DNA of 63,432 bases, filler included, from Octopus bimaculoides (taxonomy: Eukaryota): NCBI RefSeq assembly GCF_001194135.2. It is 6 parts of 5 records of this genome, joined end to end, with 100 filler letters (N's around TTAATTAATTAA, not from the genome) between each part and the next. Parts side by side here need not be neighbours in the genome. Positions count along the whole stretch, not along the records: positions 1 to 13,743 come from NC_068993.1; 5 more parts are not named here. One strand, 5' to 3'. This document shows, piece by piece, positions 1 through 10,891 of this stretch (its first letter is position 1; each line of letters begins with the position of its first letter). A model generated the notes under the pieces. The model worked only from the letters and a program-made list of their open reading frames with translations, searched no databases and was not told the DNA's origin. Both the position numbers and the translations under genes were made by a program.

Positions 1-262
1 GTACTCTTTGTTTATTTTTTCTTTCATTTGTGTATGTTGTATCCTATCTAGTTCATTGACTCCTAAATACTTGTATGGTTGGCTTTCGTCTAGTTCTCTT
101 ATTTCATTGGCTTTATCTAGTGTTATATTGCTACTTTTAACTAATTTTCCTCTTTTCAGGGTTGCTTTGGCACATTTTTCTAATCCGAATTTCATATCTA
201 TTTCCTTGGTAAAGCCGTGTACTGTCTGTAGTAATGTTTCTAGCTCTCTGTCGTTTTTAGCC
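1..262 (-). mobile_element. R4/Dong-clade non-LTR retrotransposon, RT C-terminal fragment (runs off window edge)
   Basis: Manual minus-strand translation gives AKNDRELETLLQTVHGFTKEIDMKFGLEKCAKATLKRGK...LDESQPYKYLGVNELDRIQHTQMKEKINKEY, i.e. post-YxDD RT motifs (FGLEKC, YKYLG). The 5' truncation abuts (TAA)n at 263-356. Confidence 0.88.
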
Positions 263-317
<55 letters not shown>

Positions 318-358
318 CATTATTATTATTTTTATTATTATTATTATTTTTATTATAA

Positions 359-477
359 GCTTACGGCCATATCATTTTGAATGCACTGGTTCTCGTCCGA
401 TCATGGAAGTTAAGCAATGTTGAGTCTAGTGAGTACTTAGATGGGTGACTGCTTGGGAAATCTAGGTGCTGTAAGCA
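359..477 (+). pseudogene. 5S rRNA retropseudogene (or 5S-derived SINE head) with A-rich tail
   Basis: About 119 nt GCTTACGGCCAT...AAGTTAAGC...AGTACTTAGATGGGTGAC...GCTGTAAGC, colinear with 5S rRNA. Terminal helix I GCTTACGGC/GCTGTAAGC is intact, with many internal substitutions. Followed by ATAAAAAAAAACAA. Confidence 0.88.
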
Positions 478-488
478 TAAAAAAAAAC

Positions 489-695
489 AAGGGCGGTGAG
501 CTGACAGAATTGTTAGTATGCTGAACGAAATGCTTAGCAGTATTCCACCCATCGGTACATTCAGAGTTCAAATTCCACCAAGGTCAACTTTACCTTTCAC
601 CCTTTATGGGTTGATAAATTAAGTTGATGAAATCAACTAGTCCCCTCCCCACAAATTTCAGGCCTTGTGCCTTTAGTAGAAAGGATCATTATTAT
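489..695 (+). mobile_element. SINE family A (tRNA-derived)
   Basis: Head GGCGGTGAGCTGACAGAA, B-box-like GAGTTCAAATTCC, core GGTCAACTTTACCTTTCACCCTT...GTTGATAAATTAAG, 3' GGCCTTGTGCCT...AGTAGAAAGG+(ATT)n. Many similar copies in the window. Confidence 0.85.
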
Positions 696-700
696 TAGCC

Positions 701-747
<47 letters not shown>

Positions 748-792
748 TGATGATGATGATGATGATAATAATAATAATTATTATTATTATTA

Positions 793-825
<33 letters not shown>

Positions 826-827
<2 letters not shown>

Positions 828-1203
828 ATTTTCATATACACACAACAGAGTAGACTGTTGGAAAAGAAAAAGTCCTAATATCAGGCTGCAAGTAACTTTA
901 GATGCCAAGAACCCTCCTAAGTATCCTAGCTGTCCCTAAAGCACTGTTTTCTGGAGCTGTACTAAACGGGGGTTTTTGCCTATTTCCTCTATCCATCTGT
1001 TCAAATCTTTAGAGATAGTTCCCAATGCACCTATAACTACTGGGATACATTTTACCCGCACTTTGTATGATCTTTATAATTCAATAGCTAGCTAGGTCCT
1101 GCTACTTTGCTGTTTTTTTCTATACCTCTCATATTGATTTGTTCATCATTTGGGACTGTAAAGTCAATTATCTGGCATTTTCTATTCTCTTTATCTCTAT
1201 TAT
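826..1203 (-). mobile_element. R4/Dong-clade 3' fragment (RLE endonuclease C-terminus + 3'UTR), subfamily D
   Basis: Minus translation DKENRKCQIIDFTVPNDEQINMRGIEK..(fs)..IPVVIGALGTISKDLNRWIEEIG..LVQLQKTVL*GTARILRRVLGI* (stop 898-900). (TAA)n on both sides. Confidence 0.85.
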
Positions 1204-1212
1204 TGTTGTTGC

Positions 1213-1248
<36 letters not shown>

Positions 1249-1310
1249 TATTATTATTATACTTATCATTATTATTATTATTATTATTATTACTATTATT
1301 NNNNNNNNNN

Positions 1311-1716
1311 TTATTTTTATAACGTGCTTTCACTTCACTACCGAGCGCAGCTCTGTGTGCCTTGGGTATGTGCTGTGGTTTGCTGTGATGCTTTTATGGT
1401 TACTGTATTGAAAGTGTTTTGCATAGGATGTGTACAGTGCCCAGTAGTAAAATTTTCTGTATGTTATATATACTTGTTAGTCCTGGTGTTTTTGTTATGT
1501 ATTTGTCTGAATATTTTTTTATTATACGTAAGGCACCTACTATGATAGGAATTGTTTCTGTTTTTAGATTCCACATTCGAGTTACGTCTATTTCTAGGTC
1601 TTTGTATTTTGAAAGTTTCTCCATTTCTTTTATGGAAACGTTGTCATCTGCTGGTATTGATACATCAATTAGAAAGCATTTTTTTCCTTCATGATCTTTG
1701 ACAACTATATCTGGTC

Positions 1717-1720
<4 letters not shown>
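1311..1720 (-). mobile_element. R4/Dong-clade 3' fragment (RLE domain + 3'UTR), subfamily A
   Basis: NRPDIVVKDHEGKKCFLIDVSIPADDNVSIKEMEKLSKYKDLEIDVTRMWNLKTETIPIIVGAL...HILCKTLSIQ* shows the RPD..D..K..Y..L restriction-like endonuclease signature. Same 3'UTR as the copies at 27594 and 39277. Flanked by (TAA)n. Confidence 0.92.
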
Positions 1721-1752
<32 letters not shown>

Positions 1753-2238
1753 GAATTTTGTTATTCCTTCAATTTAGTTCCCATTTCTTGCCGAATGTCC
1801 CCTGAAACCTAGGGCAAAGATACACTGAAGACCATTAAAATAAACACACATGAGTGTTCATGGGAGATAATCATTCTCACAGCAACAATGCTTATCTCCA
1901 TACGTGTGACATACTTGTTAAAACATTCTTTTGCACTTTTTGCAGGAATGGTAAGCCAGAAATCATTCTCAAATAATTTTCAGTTCTGTTTTTTGCTCCT
2001 GCAATCACTGGTATTTTAACTGCCTTGAGATGTCACACCATTTTCAATTTCAATGAGCAAATCTTTATATTTTCTAAGCTTGTCCAGTTCTTTTGGCTCA
2101 GTATTATGATCACAAGGAATATTTATGTCAATCACTAAACAGACTTAACAAGAATATCCAGTTAATTAGCTTTGATGGTTCTGTCTGTATGTACAGAAAA
2201 ATCACAGAGAATCATTACATTTTCACCCTCAGTTACAA
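1753..2238 (-). mobile_element. R4/Dong-clade 3' fragment (RLE domain + 3'UTR), subfamily B
   Basis: VTEGENVMILCDFSVHTDRTIKAN*LDILVK..CLVIDINIPCDHNTEPKELDKLRKYKDLLIEIE..HLKAVKIPVIAGA..VQKNVLTSMSHVWR*. Its (TAA)n tail is at 1718-1752. Confidence 0.85.
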
Positions 2239-2261
2239 CTTTATAATTATTATTATCATTG

Positions 2262-2460
2262 TAGCAGTGAACTGGTAGAATCATTAGCACACAGGGCAAA
2301 ATGTTTAAACTTAACATTAAGGGCAACTTTTGCCTTACGTCCTTACAGAGTCAATAATCTAATTACCAGTCAAGAACTGCAGTCGATGTAATTGACATCC
2401 CCCTCTCCTCAAAAACTTGCTGGCCTTATGCCTAAATTTGAAACTATTATTATTATTATT
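2262..2460 (+). mobile_element. SINE family A, internally deleted
   Basis: Head GCAGTGAACTGGTAGAATCATTAGCAC; 3' end TGGCCTTATGCCTAAATTTGAAAC+(ATT)n. Confidence 0.65.
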
Positions 2461-2647
2461 GAGTGAGAGAGCAGTACATGCCATCAAAGTGACACTGGGC
2501 TGCAAATATACGAAGTCCAATATACCCATCATGACTACCCCGTCTGATAAGGGTACACCAGGCACATGCATCACAACCATGTGTGCACAACATGGTGATC
2601 TCATATCAAGATAAAGAGTGCATGATCTTGCAGGTGGGGGGGGGGCC
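2461..2647 (-). mobile_element. Unclassified retroelement 3' end with (TAA)n tail (family X, short copy)
   Basis: Aligns with 47423-47590 and ends at the same position (…CTCTCACTCAATAATAAT on minus). Confidence 0.7.
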
Positions 2648-2879
2648 ATATTCTTCTTCTTCTTCTTATTATTATTATTGTCGTCGTCATCGTCATCATC
2701 ATCATCATCATCATTATTATTATTATTAGTAGCAGTAATATTGAGAAGGAATTTCCTTCCAATGAGCAATATTCTCTAGGTCAATCTCCACCAATTGTCA
2801 AAAGGAAGTGATATACGTGTCTTTGTTTATTTGTTCATTTTATTTCATTTCATTTATTCATTTATTTATTTATTATTGT

Positions 2880-2915
<36 letters not shown>

Positions 2916-3098
2916 TATTATTATTATTATTATTACTATTATTATTATTATTATTATTATTATTGTTATTATTATTGCTGGCTGATCTTAACTATCCACT
3001 TCTGGTTTGCTAGCACTCATATGGAATTGTAAACTTTACCGTTCTTAGTAATTGCAACTGGCAGGAAATAGGAACATCAATCAAAATAAAAGGTATCA

Positions 3099-3099
<1 letters not shown>

Positions 3100-3136
<37 letters not shown>

Positions 3137-3665
3137 GTTTCTTTCTCCTTCACTCTTTCTCCCTCCTTTTCTTCTCTCTTCCTTTCTCTCTCTCTTTCTC
3201 CTTTTCACACCTCTTTCTCATCCCTTTTGCTCTTTCTCTTTCCCTCTTCCTCCTTATTACCTCATCTCTCTTTCTCCCTCCCTCCCTCTCCCTCTCTATC
3301 CCTCTTTGTCTCTCTTTCTCCCACCCACCCATCTCTCCTCTCTCTTTTGCTCTCATTCCTCCTTTCTCTCTCCCTCTCTCATTACTCTTCCCTTTCTCAT
3401 TCCTCTTCCCCTCTCTCTTTTTCTCTCTTCCTCGCTTTTTTCTTCCTCCACCCACTGTTTCCCTGCCTCTCTCTCTCACGCTTCTCTTTCTTCCTTCCCT
3501 ACCTACTATTCCTCTCTTTATCTCTCTTTCTCCCTCACACACCCTGTCTCCCACCCCATTCTACCTCCTTTCCCACCCACTCTCCTCCCCACTATATATC
3601 ACCCTACTCCTTATCTGACCCCACTCTCTCTCTCTCTTTCTCCCTCTCTCCCTCTCTCTTCTTCT
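3100..3665 (+). repeat. Long CT-rich polypyrimidine tract
   Basis: About 560 bp dominated by C/T, followed by an A-rich tract at 3730-3945. Confidence 0.95.
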
Positions 3666-4373
3666 CTTATGAGACATCCTAACCCTGGAAATACCCTCTC
3701 TTTTCTCAGTTTCCTTCAGATTAATTCAAAAATAAAAAAAAATATCAGCAAACAAAAATCGTAACAAAACAAAACAAAACAAAACAGAAAGTAAAAATAT
3801 ATGAATTAATAAATAAATAAAAGTGTAAAAAAAAATACTCAAATAAAAATAAATAAATACTGTAAAAAAATAATTGGAGATAAAATTTATATTAAGAAAA
3901 AACAAAGAAAATAAAAATGACAAGAAACAAAGAATGAACAATAAAAGTTAAGCTTCGAAAATTTGTAAGGAAGGCTGAAAGTGTAATAAAAATGATGAGG
4001 AGGTACCTCGAGGTATTTTACCAAACAGTAATCTATAAAACTATCTAAATCCTTCTACAGACATTATTGAGTGATGAGCAAATACGGAATCATATGATTC
4101 ACGGATTCATTCCAGAGGAAAAACTCGGAGAATTTCGTTGAAGAATAAACTCGAAGAGATTAAGAGATGTTGGAGTCGGATAGAGAATTAGCTGAGTCAT
4201 GATGTGATATCTGGAATTCCTTGTAAATCTAGCGCCGAGGAAATAAAAATGAAAATAAAAAATGAAATAGAAATAAAATATAAAATTTTAAAAATTAAGT
4301 GTTTAGTATTATTTCAAATGATTATTTTGTTAAATATGCATTTATAGATATGCAAATACAGAGATATGAGCAT

Positions 4374-4414
<41 letters not shown>

Positions 4415-4711
4415 NNNNNNNNNNNNNNNNNNNNNNNNNNNNNNNNNNNNNNNNNNNNNNNNNNNNNNNNNNNNNNNNNNNNNNNNNNNNNNNNNNNNNN
4501 NNNNNNNNNNNNNNNNNNNNNNNNNNNNNNNNNNNNNNNNNNNNNNNNNNNNNNNNNNNNNNNNNNNNNNNNNNNNNNNNNNNNNNNNNNNNNNNNNNNN
4601 NNNNNNNNNNNNNNNNNNNNNNNNNNNNNNNNNNNNNNNNNNNNNNNNNNNNNNNNNNNNNNNNNNNNNNNNNNNNNNNNNNNNNNNNNNNNNNNNNNNN
4701 NNNNNNNNNNN

Positions 4712-4752
<41 letters not shown>

Positions 4753-4789
4753 TTACATGTATATATACACACACACGTATATCTGTATG

Positions 4790-5022
4790 TATGTGTGTGT
4801 GTGTGTGTGTGTTTGTGTGTCTGTGTTTGTCCCCACCACCATCACTTGACAACTGATGGTGGTGTGTTTACGTCCCCATAACTTAACAGTTCGGCAAAAG
4901 AGACCGACAGTATAAGTACTAGGCTTACAAGGAATAAGTCCTAGGGTCGATTTGTTCAACTAAAGGTAGTTCTTCAGTATGGCCACAGTCAAATTACTGA
5001 AACAAATAAAAGAATAAAGGAA
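4790..5022 (+). mobile_element. SINE family B, 3' half
   Basis: TGTCCCC..CATCACTTGACAACTGATGGTGGTGTGTTTACGTCCCC...GGCCACAGTCAAAT.ACTGAAACAAATAAAAGAATAAA. Confidence 0.88.
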
Positions 5023-5049
5023 TACGTATATATATATATATATATATAT

Positions 5050-5210
5050 GTTGGGATTCTTTCAGTTTCCTCAATCAAATCTATTCACCAGGTTTTGTTC
5101 TGTGAGAGGCTCAAGTAGAAGACAAATTGTCAAAGGTGCCATGCATTGGGACTGAACCTGAAACCACATGATTAGGAAAAGCAAATATCTCAACTGCACA
5201 ACTACGTCTC
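5050..5210 (-). mobile_element. SINE family B, 5' half (degraded)
   Basis: Reverse complement of the family-B head: TTTCAGTTTCC...GGTGCCATGCATTGGGACTGAACC. Confidence 0.7.
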
Positions 5211-6014
5211 AAAATTATGCCAACCTTCCGTTATAATTGCATTCCATCTAAGATTGCTATATAGAAATATTGAACTGATTCTAGTACCCTCTACTTAGCT
5301 AACACTTTATTTTACTAACCCTAGAAGGATGAAAGGTAAATTTGTATTCAACAAGATTTGAACTTAGATCATAAACTTAGATCTGCAATTAAATAAAGCA
5401 ACCATTTTAATTAATACTCTACCAATTCACTTAACCGATTGTCTAATTTTGATAGCAGCTGATATAAAATAATTGTCAAATGAATTTCTTTAGTATAAAA
5501 TAATCGAGTTCTTGAGCATTACAAATGTTAGATTTCCAAACTTTGAAACTTAGAATTTGGCTCTTAGTTACAGGTCCTAAGTGCTCCAGTGAAGTCAACA
5601 GAAAACTATTGGTATTAACAAATGTAAATAACGATGGTTATTTACACAAGTAATTATTTACACTGCACTCATAGATAAGTCGCACTCATAATTTAGTGTT
5701 AAATTTTGGTGCAAATTATTTTCCTTTCCAATTTTTAGCTTGGCCCCATGATTCAGTTAAAATTTAGTATAAAATGGTACGATTTATGTTTTATACATGA
5801 TTAAGTATGGGTGTTTCAGTCCGTGTTGTTGACCCAAGGTAGGACAGCCAAATGTTAAAACCATGCATTAAAAATCTATCAGAGTAACAAGTTCATTTAG
5901 GCCAAAAGTTCCATACGATTGTCATAAAATTTTTACACCATTTTGTCAAATATTTAGTCATTATTTTTTATACATTTTTAATATCTATTTTTTGAAAAGC
6001 AGCATTTCTTCCAG

Positions 6015-6175
6015 CCTTGCATTCTGAGTTCGAATCCTACCAAGGTCAACTTTGCTTTTTTTTTTAATCCTTTTGTGGTCGATGAAATACATCCCAGTCT
6101 GGGGTTGATGCAACTGACTTCCCCCATCCCTTAAAAAACTACTGGCACAGTGCCAAAACTTTAAACCATTATTTT
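6015..6175 (+). mobile_element. SINE family A, 3' part
   Basis: CATTCTGAGTTCGAATCC...GGTCAACTTTGC...GGTCGATGAAATA. Confidence 0.7.
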
Positions 6176-7703
6176 TTTAGAAAGAGTTGTGTGAATACTA
6201 AGGATCTAAGAAGACCACCATGAAGTGGAACAACGATGATTGGTGAAAAACAACTTTGTAGCTTTGGAATTTATCAATGGACCAAGAATGGAATGGGAAG
6301 TATGGAGAGGAATGTTAAGTTGTGCCATCAGTAAGTGAATGGATATTATGATGGATTGCAAGGTGTTGTTGAAAAGGAAGGAATCGGTGTTACTTTAGCC
6401 TTTGTTTGGCTTCTCTTTAGATGAAGAATTTAAATCATCATTAGTTCATTACAAAGCACAAAAAGAATCACGTTGCTTGTCATTGCTTTCTACTTGTAAC
6501 TGATATCAGAAATGATGTATTCCTGGCCATTCTGTCGCATAAAATAACTTCCTATACAGTACAAACTATTCTGTACATAAAAACACATTTTGTTAGTGTG
6601 TTTAAACAAGACCATAACTGAAGTATTCTGACAGTATCATTCTATAGACCTCTCCTGTTTTATTACTGTACAGATAAATTAAAACAAATGACTCAACTGT
6701 GTCATTATGCCAAGAAATAATCGTTGTTGTTATTATTATTATTATTATAATGATCATCATCATTGTCATCATCATCGTCGTGGTCGTCGTCGTCGTCGTC
6801 ATCGTCATCATCTCCTGTCAGCTTATTCATCAAGTTTTTGTCATCCGAATATTGTTAGCAAAAGTGAAAGTGAAACTTACAGAACGTGCTTGTGTGTGTA
6901 TATGTATATATATATATATAGACATTAATACTTCTGTCAATTTATGTTGCACATGTATTTATTCACAGGTTTAAGTTAAATTTATCTCTGAATAACTCCA
7001 ACCCTCCCAACCCCAAACCTCACCTCACCCCCACCCCACACCACACCACATACAAGCACAAACACACACATGTANNNNNNNNNNNNNNNNNNNNNNNNNN
7101 NNNNNNNNNNNNNNNNNNNNNNNNNNNNNNNNNNNNNNNNNNNNNNNNNNNNNNNNNNNNNNNNNNNNNNNNNNNNNNNNNNNNNNNNNNNNNNNNNNNN
7201 NNNNNNNNNNNNNNNNNNNNNNNNNNNNNNNNNNNNNNNNNNNNNNNNNNNNNNNNNNNNNNNNNNNNNNNNNNNNNNNNNNNNNNNNNNNNNNNNNNNN
7301 NNNNNNNNNNNAAAAAAGAAAAAGAAAGAAACTGAAATTGCGCAGATAGATAGAAAAGTTGAAGAGCTAAGCTAAAGCATTAGATATTATTGCCATCATC
7401 TTTTATTTGTTGCTAAGCTACAGTACAGAAATTAAGATAATATTTTTAATTTCACTCCTTAACACTTATTTTTTTCCCTCAGATTATTTTAATTATATTT
7501 TTTAATATTTTTTTTACTAACTTCCCTTCACTTGTTTTTCTTTTTTTTTTTTGAAGAAAATGCATTATATGCATCATTTATAGATGTTGTTGATGTTGTT
7601 ATTGTTTTCTCAATTCAATTGATAATAATAAGCTTTTTTTTGTTGTTGTTGATCGTGTTGTTGTTATCAAAATGTTTTCTTATTTAACAAGCTATTGCAC
7701 TCC

Positions 7704-7778
7704 ATAGATCCCTTGTCGGTCTGTGAGAATTCTGCTAAAATGCAATCGTCATTCTCAGACACCGACAACTGATTGTAT
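7704..7778. ncRNA. Candidate pre-miRNA-like hairpin
   Basis: 7713-7730 pairs with 7751-7768 (16 of 18 bp, two symmetric mismatches), with a 20-nt apical region and a lower stem ATA-GATC/GATT-G-TAT. Confidence 0.35.
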
Positions 7779-8147
7779 CAAGATAAAGATGTGTTAACAT
7801 AGTTTTATTCCTAGTTTTGTGTACTTAAATGAGATTGGAATCTACCGATTCCTAACATCTTCTACAATTAAATAGATTTCGGAAGGAGCCATTTCTATAA
7901 TTTGTATTCTTTGAATTGTTAAATTTCATGTTTTTGGTTTTGTTGTTTGCTTTTGCTGTTGTTGTTTAACCTCAAGTCAACCCTAATCGAGCAAAGCTAT
8001 GAACAAAGGCATTCCAACCAGGACCATCCTATCTTTTAAGGCTATGCTTGACTGCATATCTAACGTGTCATTTCTGTTTCTAGTCAAGGAGGATGTTCAG
8101 TGCCCTTGACTTTTGTAAGCCTTTCTTAGTCATTGAGATGGAAGCAA

Positions 8148-8285
8148 TTAACCTTTTAACATTTAAACCTGCCACATCTGGTCAAAATATTCAACCTGTT
8201 TCATGTTCAAACTGGCCAGATCTGGCCTTTCACACCTACCCTACTATGTCATTCTAAAAATATACAGTCACATCATCGAAATCCC
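8148..8285 (+). mobile_element. MITE-like repeat fragment
   Basis: Homologous, in opposite orientation, to 56825-56950 (GGCCAGATCTGGCC..CACACCTA.CCTA..ATGTCATTCTAA). Starts with TTAACC, reminiscent of piggyBac ends. Confidence 0.6.
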
Positions 8286-8382
8286 CTCTGTTCATATCTT
8301 TATGAACAGAGGGGATTTCCAGAAGGCCAAGATCCTGGGTAGAAAGGACTAGGTGTAGTTATTAACATGAGGCCTAGGTAAA

Positions 8383-8691
8383 GGTTGGACGTGTGGTAAG
8401 AAGTTTACTTCCCAACCACATGTTTCCATGTTCAGTCGTACTGCATGGCACCTTAGGCAAGTGTCTTATTCTATAGCCTCAGGTCAACCAAAGCCTTGTG
8501 AGTGGATTTGGCAGATGGAAACTGAAAGAAGCTTGTTGTATATATATATATATATGTACCAATATAATAAGTACCAGGCTTACAAAGAATAAGTCCTGGG
8601 GTTAATTTCTTAGACTAAAAACCCTTTAAGGTGGTGCTCCAGCATGGCCACAGTCAAATGACTGAAACAAGTAAAAGAATAAAAGTAAGAA
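8383..8691 (+). mobile_element. SINE family B with internal deletion
   Basis: Head GTGTGGTAAGAAGTTTACTTCCCAACCACATG, CORE-like CCTTAGGCAAGTGTCTT, tail GACTGAAACAAGTAAAAGAATAAAA. Confidence 0.88.
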
Positions 8692-9496
8692 TAGGTGATG
8701 AGAGAAGAATAAAGAAAAGGGTGGCATAAGGATGACTGTTTAAGATATCATGATGTAATTTGAGGGACATTTGGCTGTTATTAACAGGTTCAGCAATAAA
8801 TAAAGTCTCCTCCATTGCTTTGCAAATGCTGTTTATAAATAGCAGCAGTCCATTACAAAAGAATAATGCCAATCCATTATAAAAAAACACTGATACTATT
8901 CTTTTATAATGGATTGGAAGAATCAGTAGAATATCTGTTAAATAGGTTCACAGTATTTAGTTATGTCCCTTTATGTTGTGAGTTCAAATCTCATCAGGGT
9001 TTACTTTGCTTTTCATTTTTTTTTTTTTTTTTTTTCAGGGTCAATTAAATAAAGCACTGATACTCAGATAGATTCTCTATCTGCTACAGCAGATAGAGAA
9101 TTCAGTTGTTTGACCAATTCCTGAAATTATCGGGCAAATGATTGGGTATTCCATAGAACAGGCACATGTACCCTTAACATGCTAAATGCAATTTTTCGGT
9201 CTGAAAGAGTGTAACACAATGTATTGAAGGCTGGGTTTTTGAATTACAGAAGCAGTCCCAGATAGAAAGAAACAAACAGAGAGACACAGGGAGTGAAGGA
9301 GAAAGAGGGAAATGTGAGAATAGATATATTAGTACTTCCTTTTTCAACCTGGAAAGGATGAGAGGCACAGTTCACCTTTTTATTTATATATATATCTTTC
9401 TTGAGACAAAGGACTCCCAATGCTGGTGCCCCAATTTTCATGGTATATAAAAGACTGAGATCACAACAAAACCCCTGAATGAGATGCCAGTCTGTT

Positions 9497-10250
9497 TCAG
9501 GGTCCAAAGCCAACAAATTTTAAGGAGCAGGAGACAAACCCTTCTGCATTAGCAACATACTGTAGCAGGTCCTGTTTGTTGTTTACTAAATATTCTGTCA
9601 TGTTTATTGTTTCACTGTTGATGCACTCCCATATGCTAACCAGCCCACGTCCACCTTTACACCTCTTCATGTAGAACCTGTGTTCATTCGCCTTGGGGTG
9701 GAGGGCACCATGCATTGTCATTGTCTTTCAAGTAGTGCAATCAAGTTGGATAATCTCTGTTTGAGTTCAGTTCAGGATGGCAATCACAAGGTTCCTTGAG
9801 TTGAGTTTTGATTTCAAGAGAAGTTTGAGGCACTTTAAATATGCAGTGATGACCTTGTCTTTCACTTCTCTGTGCAAAATATTGTCCATCTCCAGGATCC
9901 CAAGGTACTTGGACCCATCATCATGCAGGTGTTCCATTATCTCTTCATTTGGCAATTTTATTCCCCAACAATCTGCTCTTTTCCCCCCATTTCAAAGTGA
10001 GCACCACATGCTTTGAGATACTGAATTCCATCCCTATATCCTTGCTGCACATTTGCAGTCTCAACCAGCCTCTTCATTTCAGGCTCTGTTTTTGTGAACA
10101 GTTTTAAATAATCCATGAAGAGACGGTGGTTGAGACGAAGTCCATTCTTTCTCAGCTCATAGTGTGCATTGACTCTGCATTGGACTACAGAAAGTGGGAT
10201 CAAGGCTGTATCAAATAACAAAGGTGAACAAGAATCTCCCTGAAAAATTA
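9497..10250 (-). mobile_element. R4/Dong-clade retrotransposon, degraded RT and post-RT region
   Basis: ORF pieces IFQGDSCSPLLFDTALIPLS, LNHRLFMDYLKLFTK (decayed YMDD), KYLGILEMD..LLLKSKLNSRNL.IAI, TMHGALHPKA...FYMKRCKGGRGL. Broken by frameshifts and a deletion. Confidence 0.9.
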
Positions 10251-10359
10251 AGGGATGAGTGCAATTTAATAAGTCAAAGACTTGTGTCCCCATCAAAACC
10301 TATGCATTTCTCTCCTTCCTGAAGTTACTTCAGATATACTTAAAAATTCTTCACTTTTG

Positions 10360-10650
10360 GACGTTCTTTTCTTTTTTTCCTTTCATTTTTTTTACTTGTT
10401 TCAGTCATTTGAATGTGGTCATGCTGGAGCACTAACTTAATCCCAGGACTTATTTCTTAAGTCTAGGACTTATTTCTATCAATCGCTTTTGCTAAAATGC
10501 TAAGTTACAGGGATGTAAAAACACCAACACCATTTGTCAAGTGGAACAAACACAAACACAAATGCAAAGACACAGATACATACATACATACATACATACA
10601 TACATACATGCATGCATGCATGCATACATACATGCATACATACATGCATT

Positions 10651-10714
<64 letters not shown>

Positions 10715-10891
10715 CAAATATATATATATGATGGGCTTCATTCAGTTTCCATCTACCACATCCACTCACAAGGCTTTGGTTGACCCAAGGCTACAGTAGA
10801 AGATACTTGCCCAGTGTGTTACACAGTGGGAATGAACCCAAAACCATGTGGTTGGGAAGCAAGCTTCTTACCACACAGCCACACCTGCGCC
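10360..10891 (-). mobile_element. SINE family B, full length, internal microsatellite expanded
   Basis: Both halves are present around (CA/TACA/TG)n at 10555-10730. Confidence 0.9.

Noticed and set aside
3052-3764. Long Leu/Ser/Pro/Phe and Arg/Glu ORFs
   Set aside because: A stop-free consequence of the CT-rich tract.
4004-4140. Palindromes TACCTCGAGGTA and GAATCATATGATTC, and a short ORF after CTTCTACAG
   Set aside because: Short palindromes are plausible by chance; the ORF closes after 26 codons with no donor.
5660-5812. Possible decayed pogo/Tigger-type MITE (ATAAGTCGCAC ... TTATACATGATTAAGTATGG)
   Set aside because: The terminal repeats are too degraded to call.
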